Assembly (NCBI GenBank): GCA_965231045.1
Contig: OZ246406.1
Location: 116,295 to 180,294 of the forward strand
From: an uncultured Candidatus Saccharibacteria bacterium
Lineage (GTDB): Bacteria; Patescibacteriota; Saccharimonadia; Saccharimonadales; JAGQNJ01
Reading direction: 5' to 3'
Length of the DNA: 64,000 nt
Below the pieces are notes generated by a model. It ran no database searches. It had not been told where the DNA came from and worked only from the letters and a program-made list of their open reading frames with translations. Below are positions 54,087-63,270 of the stretch, one piece after another. Each line of letters starts with the position of its first letter. The stretch's first letter is position 1. A program made the translations under genes and the position numbers.

Positions 54087-55223
54087 TTATTTGGTTGAGT
54101 GCTGTGATTTCAAAGCTTCGGACAATTCCCGCTTGGCAAATGCCGCACAGGCAGCCTTAGCGTCAGCATACATCATTTGTTTTGGCGGGGTTTTTTGTGT
54201 CCAGGCACTTGGGCCTCTAAGAGCGCCAACAATTCCCATTTCTTTGGCGACTTGTAGATAGCGAATAGCATCAATCACTACGCCAGCACTGTTTTCAGAA
54301 TCTTGCACTGATAACTTGACGTCAATTGTTACTGGAGCATCCCCAAAACCACGTAAACGTAGATTAAAATAAGCTACTTTGTTATCTTCAAGGTATGGCA
54401 GATACGTACTAGGCCCAGCAAATAAACTGTTCTTGGCGACTGGGATACCTCGAATTTCGTTTTGAGCACGAATCACATTCTCTTTTGATTTTTTCTTAGA
54501 TGCTAAACGACTCTGGACCATCATGTTGTTAAAGTCAGTATTCCCACCTATATTTAGTTGCTGATGAAAATCTACAATCATGCCGCGATCAAAAGCGAGC
54601 TCTTGAAGAACTTGGCTTAACACGCTGGCTCCAAGTTGACTACGCATATCATCGCCAACAATTGGTAGGCCCGCATCAACAAACTTCTTCTCCCATTTTG
54701 GATCGCTAGCAATAAATACAGGGATACAGTTTAAGAACGCTACTTCGGCATCAATTGCGGCCTGAGCATAAAACTCCGTTGCTTTTTGTGACCCAACGGG
54801 TAAATAATTAACCAATATATCGGCACCACTATCTTTTAAGGCTTTAGCAACGTCCACAGGTTTTTCCTTCGAAATTCTAAAAGCCTCATCTTCTGGTTGC
54901 TCAAGCATATAGTCGGATACGCCATCATGGACTTCGCCCATTAGAACTTTCGGCCCATCCGGTACTTTTGGCATAAATATCCGGGCACAGTTCGGCTTGG
55001 CAAATATAGCTCTACCAATTGGCTGCCCCACTTTACGTTTATCGACATCAAAAGCTGCCACAACTTCTATGTCGGTTGGAGAGTAGCCACCGATATCGGC
55101 AAACATAATACCGGGTATATCATTAGATTTGTTACCAGAGTAGTACGCAAAACCCTGATACAAAGCTGAAAAACAGTTACCAATACCAACGACCGCAATT
55201 TTAATGTTTTTTTGTTTAGTCAT
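54087..55223 (-). CDS. ino1: myo-Inositol-1-phosphate synthase
   Basis: IKIAVVGIGNCFSALYQGFAYY..., LPVGSQKATEFYAQAAIDAEVAFLNCIP and NIGGNTDF are hallmarks of bacterial/archaeal MIPS. Confidence 0.9.
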   Translation of the reverse strand: MTKQKNIKIAVVGIGNCFSALYQGFAYYSGNKSNDIPGIMFADIGGYSPTDIEVVAAFDVDKRKVGQPIGRAIFAKPNCARIFMPKVPDGPKVLMGEVHDGVSDYMLEQPEDEAFRISKEKPVDVAKALKDSGADILVNYLPVGSQKATEFYAQAAIDAEVAFLNCIPVFIASDPKWEKKFVDAGLPIVGDDMRSQLGASVLSQVLQELAFDRGMIVDFHQQLNIGGNTDFNNMMVQSRLASKKKSKENVIRAQNEIRGIPVAKNSLFAGPSTYLPYLEDNKVAYFNLRLRGFGDAPVTIDVKLSVQDSENSAGVVIDAIRYLQVAKEMGIVGALRGPSAWTQKTPPKQMMYADAKAACAAFAKRELSEALKSQHSTK

Positions 55224-55399
55224 CTTATAATTATTCCTTATTTAATGGAAAGCAATGAGCATAAGTGTAATGTTGTGTCTCAAATTATGCAAACTCACAG
55301 ATCAGACATAAGTCTTGTCATGGGGTCAAATTGTTGTTAGATAATACAACAAACCACTAGCCTTTTTCATGCTACAATTGTCTAAATCTAGGGGGTTTT

Positions 55400-56905
55400 A
55401 TGTCAGCCGAGATAAAAGAACACTTCTTCGATATTCGCCAAGATCAAGGTATGGCAGTCACTTATGATGATGTGACCATAATGACTGAGGCCTCAGATTA
55501 TGACCCTGATGAAGTCTCTACAGAATCTTACTTTACAGCTAACGTTCCGTTAAAGGTGCCTTTCGTTAGTGCGGCGATGGATAGCGTTACTGGCGCTGAA
55601 ATGGCTATAGCTATGGCAAAATTTGGCGGTATAGGTGTTATTAATTACGGTCTTTCTCCAAAAGAACAGAAACGCGAAGTCCGCCGTGTAAAGCTTGCTC
55701 TAAATGGTATGGTTGAAACTCCAGTGAGCTTTTCTCAAGATATGAGCTTGGAGAAAATACTTCGTAAATGCGACAAAAAAGGTTGGGATTTCAGGAGCTT
55801 CCCTATTGTTGATAATGCTGGAAAATTAGTCGGCATGTTAACAAGCAAAGATTTTATATTTTCTACAGACATGGCCGAGCCGGCATCAGCCGCAATGACT
55901 CCACGCGACGAACTAATGGTAGCCGACCCTGATACAAGTATTAAAGAAGCCTACAAACGAATGCAGAAGGAAAAAAAGAGTACCTTGCCACTTGTTGATA
56001 GTGAGGGTCGTGTTGTAGGGATGTATGTCTATTCAGATGTTGATCGAATCCAGCGCGGCAATCCGAACCGGTACAATCTGGATGATGATAATAGATTACG
56101 CGTTGCTGCTGCAGTACCAACGACCGAACAAGGTCTTCGTAGAATTGGTTTAATGCGCCGGTATGTAGATGTCGTAGTGATCGATACATCCACAGGAGAC
56201 AACAAGCACGCCAGAAATTATTTGAGAGAAATAAAAGTTTCATTCCCAGAACTTGATGTTATGGTAGGCAACATCAGTAACCCAAAGTCAGTTAAGTTGT
56301 TAGCTGACTTGGGTGCGGACGGTATTAAAGTTGGTCAAGGACCAGGGTCAATCTGTACAACCAGGCGTGAATTGGGCTATGGAGTTCCCCAGGTTACGGC
56401 GATCTATGGTTGTGCGCAAGCCGCCCGACAACTGAATCGACACGTTCCAATATGTGGTGATGGTGGTGTTGTATTTCGTGGTGATATATCCAAGGCAATT
56501 GCGGCTAGAGCAGATTCAGTAATGATGGGTAGTATGCTTGCTGGGACAGACGAAACCCCAATAAAGCCAATAGTTCTTGATAATGGAGAAACCGTAGTGC
56601 CTTATCGTGGTATGGGATCTGAAGGAGCGATGCGTGATAGTGCTGCGGCCAAGGCCAGGTATGACGCCAAATATGGCAACTCAGAATCTAGAAGACTACC
56701 TGTTCCACAAGGTGTTGAAGCGGTCGTTGCCTATAAAGGCTCGGTAATTGGCATACTTCGAGACGCTCTTGAGCAACTTCGTAAAAGTATGTCAGGGGCC
56801 AATGCAGGTACAATCAAGCAACACCAAGATAATACTGAGTTTTGGCAAACAACAACTGCGGGTATTCGTGAAGCACACCCCCATGATGTAATGATTACAA
56901 AGTAG
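55400..56905 (+). CDS. guaB: IMP dehydrogenase (with CBS pair)
   Basis: VTYDDVTIM...PFVSAAMDSVTGAEMAIAMAKFGGIGVI and the catalytic loop VGQGPGSICTTR. Confidence 0.94.
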   Translation: MSAEIKEHFFDIRQDQGMAVTYDDVTIMTEASDYDPDEVSTESYFTANVPLKVPFVSAAMDSVTGAEMAIAMAKFGGIGVINYGLSPKEQKREVRRVKLALNGMVETPVSFSQDMSLEKILRKCDKKGWDFRSFPIVDNAGKLVGMLTSKDFIFSTDMAEPASAAMTPRDELMVADPDTSIKEAYKRMQKEKKSTLPLVDSEGRVVGMYVYSDVDRIQRGNPNRYNLDDDNRLRVAAAVPTTEQGLRRIGLMRRYVDVVVIDTSTGDNKHARNYLREIKVSFPELDVMVGNISNPKSVKLLADLGADGIKVGQGPGSICTTRRELGYGVPQVTAIYGCAQAARQLNRHVPICGDGGVVFRGDISKAIAARADSVMMGSMLAGTDETPIKPIVLDNGETVVPYRGMGSEGAMRDSAAAKARYDAKYGNSESRRLPVPQGVEAVVAYKGSVIGILRDALEQLRKSMSGANAGTIKQHQDNTEFWQTTTAGIREAHPHDVMITK

Positions 56906-56991
56906 TCTTTTAGCCACTATTTGTTTATAAAAGGCGTATAATAGCCCCTGAAGATATTTGTGGGTGGCACCGATAACTTCAAGGCTAAAAT

Positions 56992-59184
56992 GTGAATAAA
57001 TCGCAGAAGCTGCTTATTATTTCAAATCGTTTGCCAGTAAGTGTGATTAAAAAAGATGGCAAACTTATTTTTACCCACAGTGATGGTGGATTAGCTACGG
57101 GATTAAGCTCGGCTGGGAAAGGCATGCAGAAGCTATGGATGGGGTGGCCTGGCATAGCATCGGATGATCTAACATCCAAAGAAAAACGACAGATTATATC
57201 CGAGCTTAAGAAAGTTAACTGCATACCAATCTTTCTGACCGATAAACAAGTTAATTCATTCTATTTTGGATATTCCAACACCACGATTTGGCCGTTGTTC
57301 CATTACTTTGCACTTTATACAAAGTACCCTGCTGAGTATTGGAAGGGATACCAGGAAGTTAATAAAATTTTTTGTCATGAAGCCGCTCGATACACAGACA
57401 CTAATACTTTGGTTTGGATTCATGACTATCAGCTGATGCTACTTCCTGAGCTTTTACGTAACGAACGGCCAAAAGCATCCATTGGATTTTTCTTACATAT
57501 TCCCTTTCCATCATTTGAGACATTTCGTTTGCTTCCTCAACGTGCTGCAATTTTACGAGGTCTATTAGGGGCTGATCTCATCGGCTTTCATACTTACAGT
57601 TACACCAGGCACTTTTTAAGTAGCGTACTGCGTGTTTTAGGCTGTGAAATTAACTTGGGCCGGGTTACTTACGGAGATCGAGTTATTAGAACTGATGCCT
57701 TCCCTATTAGTATTGACTATAAAAAGTTTGCAACTGCCGTTAAAAAAGCTAAGGCACAAAAAGAAATTGCCAGCCTGCGAAAAGCTAAGGATCAAAAGAT
57801 GATACTTTCACTTGATCGATTGGACTATTCCAAGGGTATCTTAGAACGTCTAAAAGCTTACGACTTGTTTTTAGAACAAAACCCAAAGTTCCATGGGAAA
57901 GTTACAATGCAAGTAATTGCCATCCCATCTAGGGTAAAAGTTAGTGCCTACAAAGGTCTAAGAGTTGATATTGAACAAACAGTGAGTAGAATTAACGGGA
58001 AATATTCAACCTCAAGCTGGGCTCCAATTAATTATCGCTATCGTTCAATTCCGTTCGAACAATTAGTCGCACTTTATTATCAGGCCGATGTTGCTTTAGT
58101 TACGCCACTACGTGATGGTATGAACTTGGTAGCTAAGGAGTACGTTGCTGCTAGTCAAAGTGGCCGAGGAGTTTTGATCTTAAGTGAAATGGCTGGGGCG
58201 GCTAGTGAGCTTACAGAAGCCCTGCAAGTTAACCCAAATAATAAAGAACAAGTGGCGACAGCAATTCAAAGAGCTTTGACTATGCCAGTCGACGAACAAA
58301 AAATTCGTATGCGTTCCTTGCAGCATCGAGTGTCTAACTACGACATTAAAAAATGGACCAATGACTTTTTGGAACAACTGAAAGTTGTTAAGAAAGATCA
58401 GCAACAACAGCTTGATAAAAAACTAACGACTCAGCACAAAAAACAATTGATAAATGCCTACAAAAAATCCAAAGCAAGTTTGATACTGCTTGACTACGAC
58501 GGCACCTTAATTGACTTTGCTCCTGAGCCACACCACCGACTTGCCTTTCCAACTAAACAAATGAAGGAAATACTGGGCAAACTTAAAAAGTCTAATGATG
58601 ATGAAATTGTAATTGTTAGTGGACGATCTAAAGAAACTTTGCAAGCTTGGTTTGGCAGGCTGCCTGTTTCTTTAGTTGCTGAGCATGGTGGCTGGGTAAA
58701 GCAAGGGCCTAATTGGCTACAGCAAAAAGAACTATTAAAAAATTGGAAGGATAATCTTCGGCCAATTTTGCAGCGATACGTTGATCGTACGGTGAATTCG
58801 TTATTAGAAGAAAAAGACTTTTCGCTCGTATGGCACTATCGTAATGTTTCACATTCACTTGCCGGTATTCGTAAAGCCGAGCTGCGAAATGATATATTGG
58901 CGGCTATTAAAAACACTGACATTGGTCTTTTTGAAGGTAGTAAGATTTTTGAAGTAAAACCCTTGCATATTCAAAAAGGTATTTTTACTCAAGCAAATGC
59001 TGAGAGAAAAAAATGGGACTTCATACTAGCAATTGGGGATGACTATACTGACGAGGACATGTTTAAGGCCCTACCAAAATCGGCCTATACAATAAAAGTT
59101 GGTCTAGGAGAAACAGCCGCAAAATACTTTCTAGCAAGCAGTGAAGACGTACTTGGTCTACTAAACCAAATGACGTCCAAGTAA
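56992..59184 (+). CDS. otsA: Bifunctional trehalose-6-phosphate synthase/phosphatase (GT20 plus HAD)
   Basis: LLIISNRLPV...GGLATGL...WMGWPG...IHDYQLMLLP is OtsA-like. The C-terminal LILLDYDGTLI...VSGR...IGDDYTDEDMF is OtsB-like. GTG start. Confidence 0.92.
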   Translation: MNKSQKLLIISNRLPVSVIKKDGKLIFTHSDGGLATGLSSAGKGMQKLWMGWPGIASDDLTSKEKRQIISELKKVNCIPIFLTDKQVNSFYFGYSNTTIWPLFHYFALYTKYPAEYWKGYQEVNKIFCHEAARYTDTNTLVWIHDYQLMLLPELLRNERPKASIGFFLHIPFPSFETFRLLPQRAAILRGLLGADLIGFHTYSYTRHFLSSVLRVLGCEINLGRVTYGDRVIRTDAFPISIDYKKFATAVKKAKAQKEIASLRKAKDQKMILSLDRLDYSKGILERLKAYDLFLEQNPKFHGKVTMQVIAIPSRVKVSAYKGLRVDIEQTVSRINGKYSTSSWAPINYRYRSIPFEQLVALYYQADVALVTPLRDGMNLVAKEYVAASQSGRGVLILSEMAGAASELTEALQVNPNNKEQVATAIQRALTMPVDEQKIRMRSLQHRVSNYDIKKWTNDFLEQLKVVKKDQQQQLDKKLTTQHKKQLINAYKKSKASLILLDYDGTLIDFAPEPHHRLAFPTKQMKEILGKLKKSNDDEIVIVSGRSKETLQAWFGRLPVSLVAEHGGWVKQGPNWLQQKELLKNWKDNLRPILQRYVDRTVNSLLEEKDFSLVWHYRNVSHSLAGIRKAELRNDILAAIKNTDIGLFEGSKIFEVKPLHIQKGIFTQANAERKKWDFILAIGDDYTDEDMFKALPKSAYTIKVGLGETAAKYFLASSEDVLGLLNQMTSK

Positions 59185-59197
59185 TAGTCCGTTAAGT

Positions 59198-59614
59198 CTA
59201 TAAATTTCGATGCGTTTTTATATAATCATCAATTAATTTAATGTCAGCGAGATCTTTAGGTCTTTTGCCACTTGCCTTCCATTTACGGACTTCTTCCAGC
59301 GATGCGAACGGAACGCCATCAATAATGTCGGCCGTTTCCAACAGCTTTTCAAGGGTTGGTTTATAGCTACTAAAGTTCCAGTTGTCATGGGCTTCAAAAT
59401 CATCGCTTGTTAGGGGCTCATCGTTCGGACCTTTTTTGACTGGCTTCCAACCGAGCCGAGCAAAATGTTCCTTTAGTTTTGGAGAAACAAGAAAATCAAT
59501 ATCGTTTGACTCTCGAATGCCGGCGGCAGCCATCGGACAGCTGCCAAAAACAATGTACTCACCCTCAGGTAAATTTAGTGATTTTACTTTTGTAATTATT
59601 TCGTGCAACTTCAT
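59198..59614 (-). CDS. Minimal nucleotidyltransferase-fold protein
   Basis: YIVFGSCPMAAAGIRESNDIDFLV shows the pattern G-S ... D-I-D. Confidence 0.6.
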   Translation of the reverse strand: MKLHEIITKVKSLNLPEGEYIVFGSCPMAAAGIRESNDIDFLVSPKLKEHFARLGWKPVKKGPNDEPLTSDDFEAHDNWNFSSYKPTLEKLLETADIIDGVPFASLEEVRKWKASGKRPKDLADIKLIDDYIKTHRNL

Positions 59615-59616
59615 AT

Positions 59617-60293
59617 TTATAAATGTGGTTTGTGTAGTACAAAGAGTATAGCATTTACGATTAGCAGACTGCCAAGTATTAGGCTGATATTACAAACTAA
59701 CTTTTTGCCATATTGGCTTAGCAGTTTATCAGAGGTAGTGAGTAAATGCCGCCTTTTTGATTTAGGTGCAATAATGAAAAGCACAATGATTGCCACCTGA
59801 ATAATAAGTGCTGCAATAGTATAAGCCAGGACCCCGCTTAATAGCCTTATGTTTGATAGGTGTAGTTGACCAGCATGTATCATGGCAATGATAAATACAC
59901 CGTCAAGCAATGACTGTATTGTAACGAGTAAAAAACCATAACTGAATAAAAAGAAATCGTTTACATTTATATACCTAAGTAAACGCTTTGGCCTGGTTGT
60001 TTTGTCTCGATTTTTAAGTGAGTACAGTCCGAACCCCAGCATGCGATTCCAATAAATAGTTGAAATGCCGGTACTATCCATTTGTGGCCATCCTCTGCTT
60101 TTACTATTACTTCACCAAACCCACGAGCAAAAAGTAGCCCCATTGCTGTTAGGGCTAAGGCACTGCCAAGCAAAAAAATAATCCCCCTTTTGATGGGACG
60201 CTTTTGTGTCAGGAGTACAATAATTAGCCCGATGCCGACTGGGTCAAACGCCGCCAAGCCTAGGAGTGCCATAGAGACTAATAGTGTAAGCAT
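59617..60293 (-). pseudogene. GAP/Sap-like multi-TM membrane protein split by a frameshift
   Basis: ORFs 59967-60293 and 59617-60081 overlap in different frames. Joining them at the G4 tract (C4 on the + strand, 60034-60037) restores a continuous TM segment, VPAFQLFIGIACWG|FGLYSLKNRDK. Confidence 0.55.
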
Positions 60294-60351
60294 TACTTTT
60301 ATGATATCAAAACTGCTGGACTCATGCTCACATCAAGCGTACATTATTTGT

Positions 60352-61941
60352 ATGAAGAGTAAGTGGACAGTCATCATTATATTGTGTCTAGCACAGTTTG
60401 TTATGGTACTTGATAGTACGGTTATGAATGTCTCACTCACTACTGTTGCCAGTGATTTGCATACGACCATTTCTGGTATGCAGGCAGCGATTACTTTTTA
60501 TACGCTTACCATGGCCGCCTTAATGTTGACCGGCGGTAAAATGGGCGATATTTGGGGCCGTCGCCGGGCCTTTAAAATTGGGGCGGTAGTCTATGGGGTT
60601 GGATCACTAATAACAGGGCTTAGCCCGAGCTTGCCAGTTTTACTACTCGGCTGGTCGTTCATTGAAGGTTTAGGAGCGGTATTGGTGATACCGGCTATTG
60701 CTGCCCTCGCAGCTGTAAATTATAAAGGTAAAGATCGTGTAATGGCTTTCGCGTTGATAGGTGGCGTATCAGGAGCAGCTGCTGCAGCAGGGCCACTTAT
60801 AGGTGGTTTTGTTACCACTTACCTTTCTTGGCGTTATGTGTTTATTGCCGAGACGGTAATCATGGCAGGTGTCTTGCTAGTAACCAACAGAATTGCTGAT
60901 GAGAAAAGTACAAACAAACAAAAAATTGATATTCCTAGCGTGATCCTTTCAGCAACAGGAATGGGTGTTTTGGTTTTTGGTGTTCTGCAGAGTAAGGTCT
61001 GGGGCTGGGTTAGACCACTTAGTGCTCCAGTGGTAAACGGACATGCGATAAAGCCTTTTGGCATTTCTATTGTCGCGTATTTAATCTTAGCCGGTATTAT
61101 TGTCTTGTGGCTATTCTACACTCGTCAGTCAGACCGTGAAAAACGTAACAAGCCGGTATTGCTAAAAGTATCCTTATTATCAATCAAAGAACTTAGAAGT
61201 GGCTTATCAGTTCTTATGTCCCAGTATCTTATTATCGCTTCAATATTCTTTGTAATCCCTGTGTATTTACAGATTGTGCTTGGATATGACGCGCTGAAGA
61301 CGGGTATGAAGATATTGCCACTGTCTGTCGGGCTGATTCTGGCATCCATGATAGGTACAAAACTGGTTACTCGTTACTCACAACGTCGCGTTGTGCGTAT
61401 AGGCCAAGTTGCATTGATAGCTGGTAACTTACTGCTGATGGCTGCAATTAACCCTCAGCTGCGCGGTTGGTTGTTTGGGGCAGGCATGCTTGTTGTTGGG
61501 CTTGGGCTTGGCTTACTTGCCTCTCAACTGGGCAATATAAACATGTCAGCAGTTGGCAAGGAAAATTCGGCTGAGGGCGGCGGATTGCAAGGAACATTTC
61601 AAAATCTTGGGTCATCATTTGGAACGGCTCTAGTCGGATCAATATTTATTGCGTTTCTTACTTCTGGTTTTGTCGCAAATATTAATCGATCGAACCTCCC
61701 TGCAAACATTAAGACTTACATTTCAAATAATACTAAAGCCGGTGTGCAGGTCGTGTCAGCATCAGATGTTCAGAGCTATGCTCTATCAAAAGGAGTTTCT
61801 GATTCTGACGCTCAGACGATTGCCGATAATTACTCCTCAGCTCAAATTGATGGGCTAAAAGAATCCTTTTTCTTTATTGTAGCCATATCGACACTTTCGA
61901 TACTTTTATCTAGAAATATATCGAACAAAAAAGCTGGATAG
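60352..61941 (+). CDS. MFS transporter, DHA2/EmrB-like (14 TM)
   Basis: MKSKWTVIIILCLAQFVMVLDSTVMNVSL...GGKMGDIWGRRRAF. I take the ATG at 60352 as the start, because the tracked 5' extension is antisense to the neighbouring gene. Confidence 0.9.
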   Translation: MKSKWTVIIILCLAQFVMVLDSTVMNVSLTTVASDLHTTISGMQAAITFYTLTMAALMLTGGKMGDIWGRRRAFKIGAVVYGVGSLITGLSPSLPVLLLGWSFIEGLGAVLVIPAIAALAAVNYKGKDRVMAFALIGGVSGAAAAAGPLIGGFVTTYLSWRYVFIAETVIMAGVLLVTNRIADEKSTNKQKIDIPSVILSATGMGVLVFGVLQSKVWGWVRPLSAPVVNGHAIKPFGISIVAYLILAGIIVLWLFYTRQSDREKRNKPVLLKVSLLSIKELRSGLSVLMSQYLIIASIFFVIPVYLQIVLGYDALKTGMKILPLSVGLILASMIGTKLVTRYSQRRVVRIGQVALIAGNLLLMAAINPQLRGWLFGAGMLVVGLGLGLLASQLGNINMSAVGKENSAEGGGLQGTFQNLGSSFGTALVGSIFIAFLTSGFVANINRSNLPANIKTYISNNTKAGVQVVSASDVQSYALSKGVSDSDAQTIADNYSSAQIDGLKESFFFIVAISTLSILLSRNISNKKAG

Positions 61942-62171
61942 TTTAGTACATTTATAGTTTCGTTTTAGCATTTGCTACAACAATTAAAACTTCTTATGAT
62001 AATTTTACAACGTTTGTGCACCTCTGTTAGGCTTGACTTCAAAAATATAGTGTGTAGGATTAAAACTTGTGTCTTTTTTACTCGTGAGGTGGAAAAGCAC
62101 AAATACAGAGATATACCGTAATTGGTGTCTTCTGATTTAATTAGAAATATATTCCCTAAAAGGAGGGTTAC

Positions 62172-62945
62172 ATGCGTATCACCGCAATTTTGGCGGGGGT
62201 GTTTTTAAGTGCTGCCGTATTTTTGGCAGCCAGTTCGCCGGTGCACGCCGAAGCACCACAACAATTAGCTCTCGGCAATTCAATAAATATTAGTAATGAA
62301 CAGATTGTTCTGACTGCGGTCAATACACAGCTGCAAGTCGCACAAAAAACGTCTGATCAAAAGTCGGATCCAGTTTTGCATACGGTCGTCGAAAATGAGA
62401 CGCTGACGAGTATTGCTAGCCAATATCAAACAACTTGGCAAAGATTGTTTGCCAAGAATACAAATCTTAGCGACCCAAACGTTATTAGTGTCGGGGATGT
62501 TCTTGTGATACCAAAAAATGATGAGCAGTTGACCGAACGAGTTGTGCAAGAGCCACAACCGATAGTTGAAGAGCCGTCAGTACCAAAGCCAGCGTCTGCA
62601 CCTAAGCAATCTAAGCCAGTCGTCACTGCTAGTGCCCCGCGCGGGGGTTCCGGGGGTAATACATACTCTCCTGGATACTGCACCTGGTACGTTAAGAATC
62701 GTCGACCAGACTTGCCTAATAATTTGGGTAATGCAAATACTTGGGTAGCTAGAGCTGCTGCACAAGGCATACCTACGGGTAGTTCACCAAGAGCAGGTGC
62801 TATTGGTCAACAAGGAATGCACGTTGTCTACGTTGAGTCTGTAAATGGTGACGGTACAGTTACGATTAGCGAGATGAATCACGCTGGTTGGAATGTAGTT
62901 GATACGCGTACGGTGCCAGCCAGCTATTTCAACTACATATACTAG
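62172..62945 (+). CDS. Secreted LysM plus CHAP peptidoglycan hydrolase
   Basis: Signal peptide, LysM domain (HTVVENETLTSIASQY...VGDVLVIP), and CHAP domain (GYCTWYV...GMHVVYVESV...). Confidence 0.88.
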   Translation: MRITAILAGVFLSAAVFLAASSPVHAEAPQQLALGNSINISNEQIVLTAVNTQLQVAQKTSDQKSDPVLHTVVENETLTSIASQYQTTWQRLFAKNTNLSDPNVISVGDVLVIPKNDEQLTERVVQEPQPIVEEPSVPKPASAPKQSKPVVTASAPRGGSGGNTYSPGYCTWYVKNRRPDLPNNLGNANTWVARAAAQGIPTGSSPRAGAIGQQGMHVVYVESVNGDGTVTISEMNHAGWNVVDTRTVPASYFNYIY

Positions 62946-63000
62946 ATTACTTGCTAGACTATTATTGCTTGCCATAAGTTAGTTGATGTAGGATGAATAC

Positions 63001-63258
63001 ATGATTAGAAATAAAGTTGCTGAAGGCGTGGTTCACAAGCTACCACCCGATCTAAAAAAGGCACTTTTAGGCTCAAAAGAGGCTTTAATGATGTGGGAAG
63101 ACATTACTCCCCTCGCACGTAACGAGTGGATTTGCTGGACTGTCACTGTAAAACAAGAAGCGACCCGGAAAGATCATGTAAGACGCGTTGTCGAAGAACT
63201 TATGCAAGGAATGAGACGTCCTTGCTGCTGGGCTGGTTGCCCGCACAGAAAGAAATAA
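63001..63258 (+). CDS. YdeI/OmpD-associated family protein
   Basis: LPPDLKKAL...WEDITPLARNEWICW...RRPCCWAGCPHR is the typical tail of this family. Confidence 0.72.
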   Translation: MIRNKVAEGVVHKLPPDLKKALLGSKEALMMWEDITPLARNEWICWTVTVKQEATRKDHVRRVVEELMQGMRRPCCWAGCPHRKK

Positions 63259-63270
63259 TTGAGAAGTTTT

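Noticed and set aside
60082-60351. A 90-aa N-terminal extension of the MFS transporter ORF.
   Set aside because: The extension is the antisense translation of the neighbouring GAP-like membrane gene. The MFS homology, with a typical MKSKWTVIIILCLAQF start, begins at the ATG at 60352.
62033-62171. A possible riboswitch (for example the c-di-AMP/ydaO class, which often precedes cell-wall hydrolases) in the ~110-nt leader of the LysM-CHAP gene.
   Set aside because: The leader is shorter than that class. I could not find its conserved pseudo-two-fold motifs. Only a weak GTGtCTTTT/AAAAGCAC hairpin is visible.
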